Assembly (NCBI GenBank): GCA_043228905.1
Contig: JBHGNT010000012.1
Location: forward strand, 4,092,001 to 4,156,000
Direction: 5' to 3'
Origin: Azolla caroliniana
Lineage: Eukaryota > Plantae > Polypodiophyta
DNA length: 64,000 bases
The position numbers and the translations under genes are program-made. Of the stretch, positions 1 through 12,683 are shown one piece after another. The notes under the pieces were generated by a model that was given only the letters and a program-made list of their open reading frames with translations, was not told where the DNA came from and searched no databases. Numbering within the stretch: position 1 is the stretch's first letter; the number at the start of each line of letters is the position of its first letter.

Positions 1-269
1 TATTTTTTTTGCCTCTACATATAATGTATAATCTTATCAGAGTGTGTTGTTAATATTATCTTTATGTATAAAATATTATCAAGATTTATTTTATTTTAGT
101 TACGTATTTATCTTATTATAGACTTTTAATGTGAAGCTTTCGTACTTCAACGTGTGGAGCGCAAGCAAGGCAGGAAGACGCTAAGAGGAGTCAAAGGAAA
201 GGATCGGCAGACACTAACACAGTGATCTTAGCCTAGTACATAGGCATATTTCGTGGAGTTAGTGTCAAT

Positions 270-3200
270 CAATGTTGGGCAAAGTCCCAGGAACAATGTC
301 AATGTTCCAGTTACATTGGGACTTTTACCGGTCAATGTGGGGGACAGCTGGAATTGATTCCGGCAAGTTTTCTAGTCAACCGGAATCTAACTGGTTCATA
401 TTTTTGGAACCACCTAGTTATATAATTTGTATTAAAATAAACGTTAAAAAAAGTATTTCCCCTCTTTCCCCCTTTTTCCCTCGTTTTTCTATTTCAATTT
501 CCCCCCTTTCTAATGAATGAATGCACAAGGTTACAATGTTTATGAAAATCTAAAATCCTTGCATTGTATTGGTTCTCTCACAAAATACTACACTTTCAGA
601 AGACGGTCGACCAATGGCCATGTGACATTGTTTGCATACTAGTTGTACGATAACACACTTGTGATCCTATTCGTCCCCTTCCATGCTTCATTTGATGTAT
701 CTATATAACATATGTTATAATGCTTGTAAGTTGTGACATTTGCTATGCAAACTCTAGAACCTTTGTTATTGATTGCTAATTTTTGCATCAATTTAGCCTC
801 AAGTGAGGTGATCTAGAAGGACTTCACAAGTTATGATGCTTAATTTGATTCATGTTGTATTTGTTGTGAATGAGCTATATTTGGCTTATGTTGTTGGTCA
901 TGTTTGGTGGTTGATTGTAACAATGTATTCTGATGATTGTCTCTATGGTAGCATCAAATGAGTCTTGCGCATCGCTTCACATTTCTATGCCCAACATGTA
1001 TGGCTTTAGATGTATGAACATCACCATGGCTTCTCGTATTTTCAAAATGTAGACTACAACAAGATCAAAATCATGATTATCTTTTTAGGCTATGATCGAA
1101 GCCAAAACCGTTGGAGATGCGTAATTGGAATTGTAACTAGGCATGAACATCTTACGCCCAAGAGCATTGCTTGGCTTTGATGAATAGGCCGTTGAGTTTC
1201 CTTGTCATGGATATGAAATCGAGGTCAAGAGCAACCTCCTCGATCAATACTCTTGGTGGCTTTGGAGGATTCAAGGCAACTGCCTGGCCCGACCACCAGA
1301 AAGACATGAGGGAAGGTGACTTCTATACATAATGTTCAATTGCATCATTTAGTTTCGTAGTTCACCATGTTCTGGGTTTTCCCTGTTTTTTTGTTTCAAT
1401 TTCCCCCTTTTTTGTTTTATCTCCCTTTGTGTGTGTATGTATGTGCTTTCAACATGTAGTGGGATCATATGTATACTTGGGAGTCACTTTTAGTGCTCGC
1501 TCAGGTAAATTCGCGATGACCCAGGCAACCAAAGATAGGCTAACAAGAGGGTATGCATCCCTCTCACTCTTGGAGAGACAATGCGACCAGGCATACTTTC
1601 AAGAGCCACGGACTAAGGGATGGCTCGCCGACTCATTAGTGACCCCTTCCCATGTATGCATCAGTAGTATGGGCTCTAGGTCTATCATCCTTCATGTGGA
1701 CACAATTAGAGAGACCTTTGGTGACAATGTTATCACGTCAACTCCAAAGCAAATCAACAGTACCGCATGACATTATTAGAGCAGAGTTTAGTCTACCCCT
1801 GATGTTAGTAGAAGCACTCTTTCAAATGGTAGTTTTTATTCATCGAATATATAGCCAACCACAAGATAGGATATCCCATCAAGCCTTTGAGGCATCCCGA
1901 TCCCTACATGCATCTAGAGACACTAGCTCTTGGTATAGCATTGTGGTGAGTTGGTTACTTGCAAACGGCATAGACATTAATAACCTACCTCCCCTTAACT
2001 ACAACCATGGGACTGATCAAACTTTAATATCTCATGAAGACCGTAATAAAGTGATACGCCAAGAAATATGGCAAATTTACACTCGATATAAATGGATCAC
2101 CCCATGAGAGACACTCCCATCTAAAATGTTGTACTATAAGGAACACTTCTTGCACTTCTCTAAGTTAGGTTTTATTACACGACCAAGATATCTAGATACA
2201 TTCTTATCAAATGCACTAAGGGTGGCCATTGGACAACTTAGGATATCATCTCACCAACTTGAGATTGAGAATGGTCGAGCTAATAGAATCCCTAGAGAGG
2301 AAAGGCTATGTAGGTTATGCCACATAGAGATAGAGGATGAGGATCACTTCACATGCAAGTGCCCAACTTATGCCAAGATACGGGCAGAATACCAAGACAT
2401 ATTAGGACCCTCTACCACCCTCTCCAAACTATTAGGTATCCCAAGTGTAAAAAGATTAGGTAGGTATATCTTAGAGCTAAAACAATATAGGGAAAATAAA
2501 TTACAAAGTGTTAATCATAACCCTTTTACTATTCATCAACATGTAACTAGTGTAATTTTTCAGGAACAAGGGGAGACGATGAATGTGGATACACTTACAC
2601 CGCTCGGCCTCTCCCTTGAGGAAGCAGAAATACAAAGAACAACCAAACACCCTCGGATGTTGGGCTTCAAAACAAGTTGACATGGAGTAGAAAAGACTAA
2701 GAAGATAAGGGAACGTGAACTACGTCAACTAGAAGCTATGGTTGGGGTACCTTTTACATTGGGACCATGGAAATGAAATTTGGCTTAGTATAACATCTTT
2801 TCATTATAGAACATGTTTTTTTTAGAACTATTTTTTATCTTATTTTGATTTTTTTACTTTCGATGAATTGGTAAATATCCCATTTTTTGTAAACCATTTG
2901 TCTCATGGGCCAAATTTGGCCTTAGAAGACGTTAATATATCTTTCTTTCTTTCTTTGAGTTTATACATTTTCATGTATAGGTGAATTTCCTACCAAGTTA
3001 ACATAAGGCTTATACCAATTTTTTCAAAAAATGTAGGTTATTTGTACATTATTTGTTGGTTATTTTGACAAAACCCGAGTCAGATATGAATGATGAACAT
3101 TATAACTCCTTTCATTTTTTGGTTTCAAAAACGCTTTGATTATTATGATCATATGGCTTACAATCTACCTTAATGGAACATTGAGTATCTCATCACATTT

Positions 3201-3746
3201 CAAATTACATTTCTCTCTCCAACTTATCCTTATTAATGGATCTACTTCGACAACTTATCCTTATTAATGCGTGCATTGACTCAATTCCATTTATATTTCT
3301 ATGTGACTACATGTGTGTGTAGGCTAATGTGACCCTTTTTTTCTTCTTTATTTTTTGAAAGGTTGGAAGATCCATAGTGGAAACTTGATCCTTTATTGCC
3401 TTGTAATCTTCCATATATCCTAGGTATTTTAATTTGCTTATTCTCTATAAAATACATGGATTGTGTATATGTATTTCTCCTTCTTGTAAATGGAATCCAT
3501 AAATTATCGTAGCCAACATACTATACATCATTGGTATAGTATGGCTCACAACATTTTGTGATTTATTTAATTTTGCATTGCACTAGAATAAATTATTTGA
3601 TTTGGTATGTGCTAAAAAAAAATTTAACATGTTCCAGTGACATTATCACTTGTAGGAAAGTGGTCGGTTGAAATTTTGAACTTCCGGTTAGGTTCATAAG
3701 CAACAGGAAAATTTCCGGTAGGGGCTAGAGACTTTGCCCAACACTG
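270..3746. mobile_element. Non-autonomous hAT-type DNA transposon
   Basis: 17-bp TIRs CAATGTTGGGCAAAGTC (270-286) and GACTTTGCCCAACACTG (3730-3746), 1 mismatch; perfect 8-bp TSD GTGTCAAT (262-269, 3747-3754); no transposase ORF seen. Confidence 0.88.
1450..2956 (+). mobile_element. 5'-truncated, frameshifted non-LTR retrotransposon (RTE/RTE-X-like LINE 3' end)
   Basis: ORFs 1429-1770, 1652-2107 and 2126-2680 give the RT-thumb motif YVYLGVTF and the C-terminal LRISSHQLEIENGR...RLCRLC..EDEDHF..KC zinc motif; ends in a (TCTT)n tail at ~2940-2956. Confidence 0.8.
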
Positions 3747-4001
3747 GTGTCAATTGCTCATACAAGCATTGAAGTACATGTCAGTACTTCTATCAATCCT
3801 TTTAAGGACTTGTATAAAAGTGTTCACTGAGCACATTGTACATATGTATAGAGTGATATTTCGAATTTGAGTTTTTCATATAGTTCTGCTCTCTCTGTCC
3901 CTCCCGCGTACTCTTTATGTGTATTTTAAGCTTTCCATTAAACTTGCACATTATCCGTTGATATCCGGTGAAGTCGGTTACATCTACAACTTTCCGCACG
4001 T

Positions 4002-5911
4002 TGTCATGAAAATTTTCGGCGATAGTGTGAAACTTGTGAGGAACATACGAAATCGAGTGTGGTTCTTCTCACGAAATATAAAACAATAATAGTGAAGATA
4101 CTATTTTAAATAAGTTTAATATCTTGGTACAAAAAGATGGAGGTCTTGAAGAGCTTTTGAATGCACTTTGTTGCATAACAAAACGGACATCTAAGTGTCA
4201 AGTTATGTGGGTATGAAGTTTGCAACAAACCAACACTAGAGGAAGGTTCGATCCCTCCCCTCTATATCTTCTTTGAAAATAACACAAAGTGTTTCGATTT
4301 CTCTTCCATATAAATGAGGATGTAGCTTGGGCGGGAACTCTAGCAACCAACTCTAGCTTCATCCCAGCCGGTTATATAATAGTCAATTTCTTTAGATCGG
4401 GAAGGTCGAATCCATCTCGAACCAAAGGTTGGTTCTCCGGCCATATGCACCGGTTCATCGTAATCGTTCGAGAGTGAAAAAAAAAACTAAACGCAGAAGC
4501 TAGACAATTGCGGCGCGGCCTCTTTTAATTTAATAAGTCTGTTCAGTTTTATCCTTGTAGAGAACAGTACAATCCTGAACTGGCCCTCTTTGTATTAACC
4601 GCTAAGATCTTCTGTTCATACTCATAGAACTACGCAGTAGTTGTCTTTACTACATGCAAAAAACCACCAAACCAACCAGTAGGGATAAAAAAAAAGATAT
4701 ATATAAAAAAATTGTAAGATATCCCACATAGACAGGACAAATAAGGATCTCACCATATATAATGCAGAGCAAAAGCTTTTATCTTTGTGTCTATGTGTGG
4801 AGAATAGAAAGGATGAGTTAAATGACTTGATGATTGGATGTAGCCAAGTTTGTTGGTTTTAGATGGCGACGGAACTGGCGACCGGCAATCGGCATCCAAC
4901 ATCCGACAACCTCAGGATGCGTCGACCGGCGACGGAACCGGCATTTGGCGACCGGTGACCGGCATCCAACATCCGGCGACCTCGGGATGCGTCGACCAGC
5001 GACGGAACCAGCATTTGGCGACCGGCGACCGGCATCCAACATCCGGCAACCTCGGGATGCTTCAACCGGCGACGGAACCAGCATTTGGCGACCGGCGACG
5101 GGCATCCAACATCCGGCGACCTCGGGATGCGTCGATCGGCGACAGAACCGACATTTGGTGACCTGGAACCAGTAACCGTCAATTAGCAACTGACCGGTGT
5201 CGGCAAACCCAGTTATTGGCATCCGGCGACCTCGGGATGCGGACCAAACCGGGCTAGACCAAACGGATGCAAATCAGACGGATCGATCAGGTCGGTTGAT
5301 CATGGTGCATGGTGTTTTAAAGATATTTGGTCCAAAAGCCTAATAGTATTTTGTGCTTTAAGATGGATGTAAGGAAGACTTAAACCTTGCACCTCTAAAA
5401 TAGAAAGCAATATACTTACCACTAAGCCAAGTCATTTCCTTAAAGTTATATTTTTATCATTATAGTTTTACTTGAAAATTCTCATATGAGTGCTTAAATG
5501 AGTGACATGGTTATCATGCATCACATGTAACGCATGAGTGCCAAATGGCAAACATGCATCATGCATTTTATGCATGTCTTTTACCCCACATGCATCATAT
5601 GCATGGGGGCATCTATAAAAGAGTGGATTAAAAAGAAAAAAAGGGGCAATGTATTAATCAAGAAATTAAAAGTAAGAAATTCGTTATCCAATTGATGTAT
5701 CAATCTTGTTCTTCAAATCTAAAGTCAAGAGTTCAATCTTAATCTCTCTCAATCTAAAGTCAAGCGTTCTATCTTATCTCAATCTCTCTCTCTCTTTTAA
5801 TCTATCTTAATTCCTTTCTCGCTAAAGCTAGTGCAAACTTCGAGTCCTTCCGGTCCAGAACCTCAGTGGTTCCGCCTCATGATCCGCGTGTAGTGACGGA
5901 TCTTCACGACA
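4002..5911 (+). repeat. 5' LTR of outer Gypsy element (1910 bp)
   Basis: Colinear with 23725-24736 apart from two extra blocks; TG...CA ends with an inverted terminal repeat. Confidence 0.9.
4865..5165. repeat. 70-bp GC-rich minisatellite, ~4 copies, inside the 5' LTR
   Basis: GCGACGGAACC-type motif recurs at 4929, 4999, 5069 and 5139 (period 70); this explains the overlapping spurious ORFs. Confidence 0.9.
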
Positions 5912-5919
5912 TAATTAAG

Positions 5920-5937
5920 TGGTGAACCCGATGTGAA
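5920..5937 (+). promoter_or_regulatory. Primer-binding site complementary to tRNA-Trp 3' end
   Basis: TGGTGAACCCGATGTGAA matches 17/18 to the complement of the plant tRNA-Trp(CCA) 3' end as recalled (TGGTGAACCCGACGTGAA); 8 nt downstream of the LTR. Confidence 0.85.
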
Positions 5938-5982
5938 GAGGCGGTAGGAAGGATCAAGTCGAGGATCAACCGATACTTGGAG

Positions 5983-8180
5983 ATGGCATCCTCAAGCAAT
6001 CAAGCGGGAGAGTTCGAAAGGATGATGATAATCGTTGAACAAATGATGAGATCTCAAGACAACTATGCGAGCGTGGAGAAGGTCGTCGACCATGTCGTAG
6101 AGCTCGAGGGTCAATTTGATGGAAGGAACGGTACTAAGTTCCTTGGCGCATAGAAAAGGGAGATGAATCAAAGGGATGTGTCTGAAGCACGGAAAATCAC
6201 AAGCTTCAAGAGAGTGGTCGCCAACAACATCCAAAGACGTGTCATCGAGCTTCAAGAAGGTAAGACAACATGGTCCGAGTTCAAGAAAGCGAGATTAGCA
6301 GAGTTCGCGACGGAAGACTCGATGATGATGACTCGACATGCCCTGATGAAGTGGATAGAGAAGAAGAATAAAAAGATGAGCGCCTCGAGGGTGTACGACG
6401 AATTCGACCAAATGTTTAGTCGTCTCCCCAATACGGACCAAGTGTTGCTTGAGGAGGACAAGACTTTATACTTCTTGAAAGCCGTGGACATGAAGGATAG
6501 ACAAGAATTGGGGACTCTTCTCGAAGACGATACCCAAGCAAATGGGCTTGTAGCAAACTGGATCGCGGTAAAGTGAGCGTGCAATAGGCTCAACAAGCGT
6601 CGTCAATGGGTTGATGACACCAACTTGGCAGGATCGACTGTCACAGAGAAAACGAGACAACCGAAAGTAGTCGAGCCGCCCAAACAAAGTAACCCGGAAG
6701 AAAAGAAGATTGACGACGACATCATCGAAGAACTAGCAAAGAAGTTCGAGACAGTCACGCTAGCCAATATGAATCGTCGAGGGCCCAAAGGAAAAGAACC
6801 CTTTAGATGTGTGTGGTGCGATAGCATGAACCACATGAGAAGAGATTGTTCGAGCCTTCGAGATGCCATTTGACAAAATAGCATATACATGAAGGACAAC
6901 ATGATCTACTCGAGTGAGACTAGAAGACCCCTACGAGTGAATTTCGGAAGAGGGTGAATGAAGAAAGCTATGGAGGATGCCGAGGCAACTCATCTGGATG
7001 TGATGCATTGTGCTACGTTGGCCGGAATAAGAGTCAAGAAAGACAAAATTGAAGCTGCAAAAGCAGGAGCAAAGTTTTGGTCTACTGTTCTCGAGTATGA
7101 GAACAAAGGAAAGGTCACTCCGGACGAGGTAGAGCTTGCAGACCAAAGTGTGCAAAGCATAACTGGATGGTCGGATCCAGTGGATGACAACACCATACTC
7201 GTAAAAGTGATGTGTGACAACCACGAAGTGTTCGTGGATGAAAAGAGAAAAAGAATGGAAGGGCAATATAGCCCATCAAAAAGACATGAAACAAGGAGCA
7301 TGAAGAAGAAAGAAGATACAGAAGCAACTCGAGCTTTACGAACGGAGGATGGAGACTCAAGCCGGAAAGAGGAGTCAAGCAAACGAGTCGAAGAAACGGT
7401 ACGGCCCGTGAAGGTTGGTGTTGAAGACCCCGCTCAGAAGACAAGAACTATGCCTACCTATAAGGTAAGGTCAAACATAGAGTAGACGACATACCTAAAG
7501 AAGATTTTCGAGGAACGCGTTCTTGATAGCCACGTGACTTTGTCCTTGAGGGAATTGCTTGGTATTACGAAGGAGTTCCATGATACGATCGTGGACCTTG
7601 TGAAGAGGAAAAGGCAACAATCGGATGAGGAAGAAGAGGAGACACAAAAGCAAAAACAAATGCCATAACGATGGCAAGGGACGAAGTCGATGAAGATATG
7701 GCGGACAGCCACTATACTCGACCTCATTGGGCACGAGTGACAACGGAGATGCCAGTGAAGATCGGGGAGAAGAAAGAGACCGTGGTAGCCTTGATCGACC
7801 ATGCCTCGGAGATCAACCTCATGTCAACTGACTTCTACAAAAAAGGAAGATGGCCAATTAATACAAACCATAGATGGAAGATTCAAGCGGCAACAAAGGT
7901 GACAAAAGACTTGTACGGAGCTTGTCCAAATGTTAAAGTCGTGATCGGGGATGTGGAGATGGATCAACACTTCTTTGTACAACAATCGGCTTCACATCCT
8001 GTCATCCTAGGTAAACCATATATCACATCATCCCGGATGGAGACCAAGGTGTTCGATAATGGAGCAGCCTTCGCGCAAATCAAGAGTCTTGACAATCAAA
8101 GATCTGTTCAATTCCTAACGGTGAGAGCTAATCATGAAAGAAATCGAGATAGTCTTGGAGGCGAATCCTCGGATTTTTAG
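5983..8180 (+). pseudogene. gag: Gypsy gag-protease ORF1 (interrupted by stops/frameshifts)
   Basis: ORF pieces 6163-6576, 6625-6873 (CCHC knuckle CVWCDSMNHMRRDC), 6958-7485 and 7671-8180 (aspartic protease ALIDHASEINLM...VILGKPY). Confidence 0.85.
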
Positions 8181-11100
8181 AGCGGACTATTGAAGCATGG
8201 GGCACAAATAGTTCGAGCAATCACAAGTCCCCACAAGAAGGTAGAGCGCATGGATTGCGAGGAGAAGCAACATGTGTCACATCTAGTGGCGCATGTAAAC
8301 TAGTACTATCTAACAAGAAGGACAAGCTTCGGATACAAGACTTCGAGAAGATGCTGAAAGAAGAAAATATAATAGAAGAAGAAGAGTTCGTGACCCATAT
8401 TATGGAAGAAGCCTCATTTAACGACACCATCGGCGAAATCGAGGACGTCATGGACTTGAGCTATCTTCACGATTGACACATGATTTCGGTTAACTCCATC
8501 AACATGTACGCTATCATCGATGAATATCATCGAAGCATCTTGATGAAGGAAGCTGACATCAACACAAAATATAAAATGGTGGATAGGAAGATCAAGCCAG
8601 TTGTAGTTCTGCTACCAGAAGATAGCTGGCAAAAGATGAAGGAAGTCGCTTAAGAGATCCAAAGGCAATAGGTCATGTCTTCACCGAAGAGACGAAAGGA
8701 AATCTACACGTTGGAAGGGAGGATTTCCTCCTCCCTGAAGAGGAGCGAATGTTTCGCCACATGCTTGAGAGACATGGGAAGGCTTTCGCATTTTTCCCAC
8801 AAGAAATCGGATGTGTTGATCCAAGGACGATAGAACCAATGGTGATCTTCACGGTGCCGCACGTGCCTTGGAATTTGAAACCGATACCGGTTCCGAGAGC
8901 ACACCTACCAAAGCTGATCGAGCTCTTAAAGGAAAAGGTGGATATGGGATTTTTGGAACCATCGAATGCTCCCTATTCTAATAGGTGGTTCACGGTGCCA
9001 AAGAAGAATGGATCATTGCGATTCATCCAAGATCTTCAACCCGTCAACAAAGTGACAATTCGGAATGCTGGAATTGGTCCGAGTGTGGATGAATTTGCCG
9101 AAGCATTTGCGGGTCGGTCTATCTACTCCATTGGTGATCTCTACTCCGGATATGACCAATTCCAGTTGGCGATCGGCAGTCATGACATTACAACCATGAG
9201 GACTCCAATCAGGCTCGTGCGGATGTGTACCTTACCTCAAGGTGCAACGAACTCGGTGGCTCATATGGTGAATGCCATGAACAAGGTCTTGAAGGATTGC
9301 ATCCCAGACATAACGATGCCATTCTTGGATGATATTCCGATAAAAGGATGTTTGGATGAGGAGAAAGATGAATCGAAAGATAAGGAAGGGTGTAGAAAGT
9401 TCGTCGTGGATCATATGAAAGATTGTGAGAAGGTGCTCCAAAGACTCGAAGATACGAATTTGACATTTTCGGGAGAAAAATCCGCATTTGGGCAACCAGA
9501 GATCTTGGTGGTAGCTCACTTGTGTGGAGCATACGGCCGGAAGCCTTCGCCATCCAAGGTGAATGTGATCCAAGACATGAAAGAAGAATGCGTAAACCAA
9601 ACGGAGGTTCGAAGATTCCTCGGAGCATGCGCATTTTATCATATCTAGATTCCGTTGTTACGAGATATTATATGGTCATACCCATGACCATATAATATCC
9701 CGTAACATCCACACTACGCTCATGTCGCCGAGCCATTATATGGATTGCTAAAGAAAAGAATGAAGTTCGAATGGTGTGACGAGCATACACACGGTGCAAA
9801 GATTGAAGAAACTACTTCTTGAAGCTCCAGCAGTAAGAAAGGCCAACTATGCCGAAGGAAAGACGATTTATGTAACCGTAGATACGAGCCCAACCGGAAT
9901 CGGGTGGGTCATCAACCAAGAAGGAGAAGATAATGCGCGGTATGCCATCCGGTTCGGAGCAAAGGTTCTTAGCGAACGACAACAAAGATACGCCCAAGTC
10001 AAGTTGGAACTTTGGGGTATTGTGTCTGCAGTGAAGACGGACAAAGACTACCTAATCGGGTCGGAAGTGATAATAGAGAAAAAATTTCTCCCAATCCTCG
10101 GAATGATCTCAAGATGTGCGACATCGGATCTAGCTATGCTAAGGTGGATCCGCCACATTGCAGGAAAGAAGAACACCATGGCTGACATGCTATCGAGGGC
10201 AAGATTTGAGAATGAGGGTGACATGGTTTCGGAAGATGAAGACATCACCCTCGACTTCTTCAAGATGGCTCGACTATCGGCAGAAGACAAGGACACGCTA
10301 ACCCGCCACGCCTTCAACGAGGATGAGTACAAAGGAGAGTGGTTACTGATCGGCCAGTTCCTAAAAACAATGACGGCGAATGCTTCGTTGACGAAGGAGG
10401 AGGCCCTACGAATCCGAAAGAAAGCTTACCAATACTTCTTGAAGGGAGGCTTCCTTTGGTGACACCCAAAAAGAAGGACAAGAATACCACGTCAAGTGGT
10501 GGTGAAGAAAGAAGAGCAAGTGACGTTGATGACCGAATTCCACGAGAGTCCTTGGGCAAGTCATAGAGGAACATGGGCGACGTTCAAAAAGTTGAAGGAG
10601 AAGTACTAGTGGTCAAGCATGTACAAAGATGTACTCCATTTCGTGTCCACATGGGAAACTTGCCAAGTACATTCCAACATACGTCATCGTGATGAGCTAC
10701 GACCGACATACCCGCTCACCATACACTTCAAATGGATGGTGGATCTAGTCTCAATGCCAATGGGAGTGGGACAAATGAAGTACTTAGCTCTAGCAAGAGA
10801 AGACTTGACAAATCAAGTGGAAGGACGGGCCTTAACAAATAAGATGACGTCGGTTGTTTGCGAATTTCTACTCGAAGAGGTTGTCTGCCGATACGGATGT
10901 GTGGGAAAGATAGTCGTCGACCGAGGGGAGTTGGATGCACATGAAGCAATGGAGCTTTTCGAACGACTAGGCATGAAGTTGTCCCTCACGACTACCTAAA
11001 ATCCAAAAGCGAATGGGAAGATCGAGCGAGGGCATGGACCTATCGTCAAAGCCATCGTACGAGCATGCAATAGTTGAGTCGGGAATTGACCACGACTATT

Positions 11101-11483
11101 GCCCTATGCATTGTGGGCTGATAGAACAACACACAGCCCGGTGACAAGGTATAGGCCAACGGAGCTTATGTATGGACAAAAGCCAGTAATGCCCATCGAA
11201 AGGACGATTGCCTCATGGGTAGCAATACCATGGGAGAACGAGATGAGCTAAGAAGAGTTATTAGCGGCACCGATAAGGCAACTTGAAAGAAGACCTAAAG
11301 ATCTAGAAAAAGCGTGAAAGATGATGGAGGCAGCCCGAGTGAGGAACAAAATTCGGTTCGACAAGACGCATCGACTGCGTCCCAAGAAGATCGAAGAAGG
11401 AGATTGGGTATTGGTCTACCACAGCAGCCTTGAAAATCAACATGGTACAACAAGAAAGTTCGCAAGAAGATGGTCCGGACCGT
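8171..11483 (+). pseudogene. pol: Gypsy pol (RT-RNaseH-integrase), degenerate; C-terminus continues at 23460-23653
   Basis: RT motifs DLYSGYDQ, LPQGATNS, FLDD (8749-9648); RNaseH VDTSPTGIG...YAQVKLEL (9776-10462); integrase CQVH, DLV, DRGE (10619-10999); GPY motif split by the insertion at 11484. Confidence 0.92.
9656..9707. mobile_element. 52-bp TG...CA fold-back insertion in Gypsy pol
   Basis: 24-bp arms TGTTACGAGATATTATATGGTCAT / ATGACCATATAATATCCCGTAACA (1 mismatch) with a 4-nt loop; interrupts the FYHI*IP|HYAH reading frame. Confidence 0.75.
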
Positions 11484-11980
11484 TGTCGTGAAGATTCCGG
11501 ACCATAGTGAGAAACCCGAGAAAATCGGGAGAATCAGCAGAGTGCATCATGTGCACTCACCCTTGTGAAAACGTGTGAATAATAGGGGTTAAGTCGGGAC
11601 AGAGGATCCCATGTAATAAGGGATTTATCCCACATTGTTACGCATCCCTCTCCTTGTTCTATAAAACAAAGGGAGCGCCCTTTGTAAAAGGTTGCCCATT
11701 TTGAGTTAGGAGGGTATACCACTTAGGTCGAAGGTGTGTTAGTTCTTCTTCTTCTCACTTTAGAGTTCTTTGAGGTCTTTTTCTTTGTGTCTGTTTAGGG
11801 TTTTAGCCCAGTGAAGAGCTTGGATGTTCTATGGGGGCTTACTTCTGCTTGGCCTCCTGTGCAAGACCTCGCACGGCGCGACAAGCCCGAGAACTCCCCG
11901 ACGGCGGCTTGGCGGCAGACTATTGTTGTGACCTAGCCTACCTTAGTTCGGCTCAGAGCCAGAGTTGTATCTTGCTCTTG

Positions 11981-12032
<52 letters not shown>

Positions 12033-12302
12033 AGTTCTGTGCATCTGTGTCTTCATCGGTGTCTTTGGAGTTCCTTCTTTCTGGTTTCTGTACATAGAAT
12101 GTGTGTGCCTAGTTAGTGTTGCGAGCGCGCCCTTTTCCCTCTCTCATACGGTTGCTCCTTGTACATATCCGGAAATGCTCTGGTTGGTGTCTTGGCCAGT
12201 CGCGGGAAGAAGTGAGGCTCGACCTTCCATACTCCGTCTCTCTCTCGTCCGAGACCCCCGTGGTCCCGCCCCTTCTACTCGCACGCGCGTAACAACGCGA
12301 CA
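11484..12302 (+). repeat. 5' LTR of gag-only element
   Basis: Direct repeat of 22671-23455; contains a (TA)n tract. Confidence 0.92.
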
Positions 12303-12306
12303 TATT

Positions 12307-12324
12307 TGGTGAACCCGACGGGAA
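12307..12324 (+). promoter_or_regulatory. PBS, tRNA-Trp
   Basis: TGGTGAACCCGACGGGAA, 4 nt after the LTR; same primer as the outer element. Confidence 0.85.
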
Positions 12325-12399
12325 GGGCGGCAAGGGAGAATTGACTCAGTTGGAAGAAGACGACTTCGCGCAACTTTTTGTCGAAGTGGTGAGGGAGTT

Positions 12400-12683
12400 T
12401 GGATGAGCAACAGCAAGACGGGAGTCGGCGCAGCAAGCGGTTGAGTGAGTGGTCGAAAGAGTCGGTCGTTTCAACGGGGACAAGGTCCCATTCTACTTGG
12501 AAGCCTACAACGCGGAAATGGAGAAGCGAGACGTAGACGAGGCATTGAGGCCGGAGTTCTTCTGTCAGGTCGTCGTTGTCTGTATGCACGCGGAAGTGAA
12601 GGAGCTCCGAGAAGCTCATTGTTCGTGGGAGGCTTTCGAAGAGGCACTCTTGCAAGCATACCGAGGACGTCGGAAGAGCCGGG
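12400..12683 (+). pseudogene. gag: gag N-terminus of gag-only element (first part)
   Basis: VERVGRFNGDKVPFYLEAYNAEMEKRDV aligns by eye with outer gag VELEGQFDGRNGTKFLGA*KREMNQRDV; start approximate; split by the Copia insertion. Confidence 0.7.

Noticed and set aside
4818-5222. Four overlapping repetitive ORFs; superficially CRISPR-like periodicity
   Set aside because: A 70-bp minisatellite with no unique spacers; the ORFs are by-products of a GC-rich repeat.
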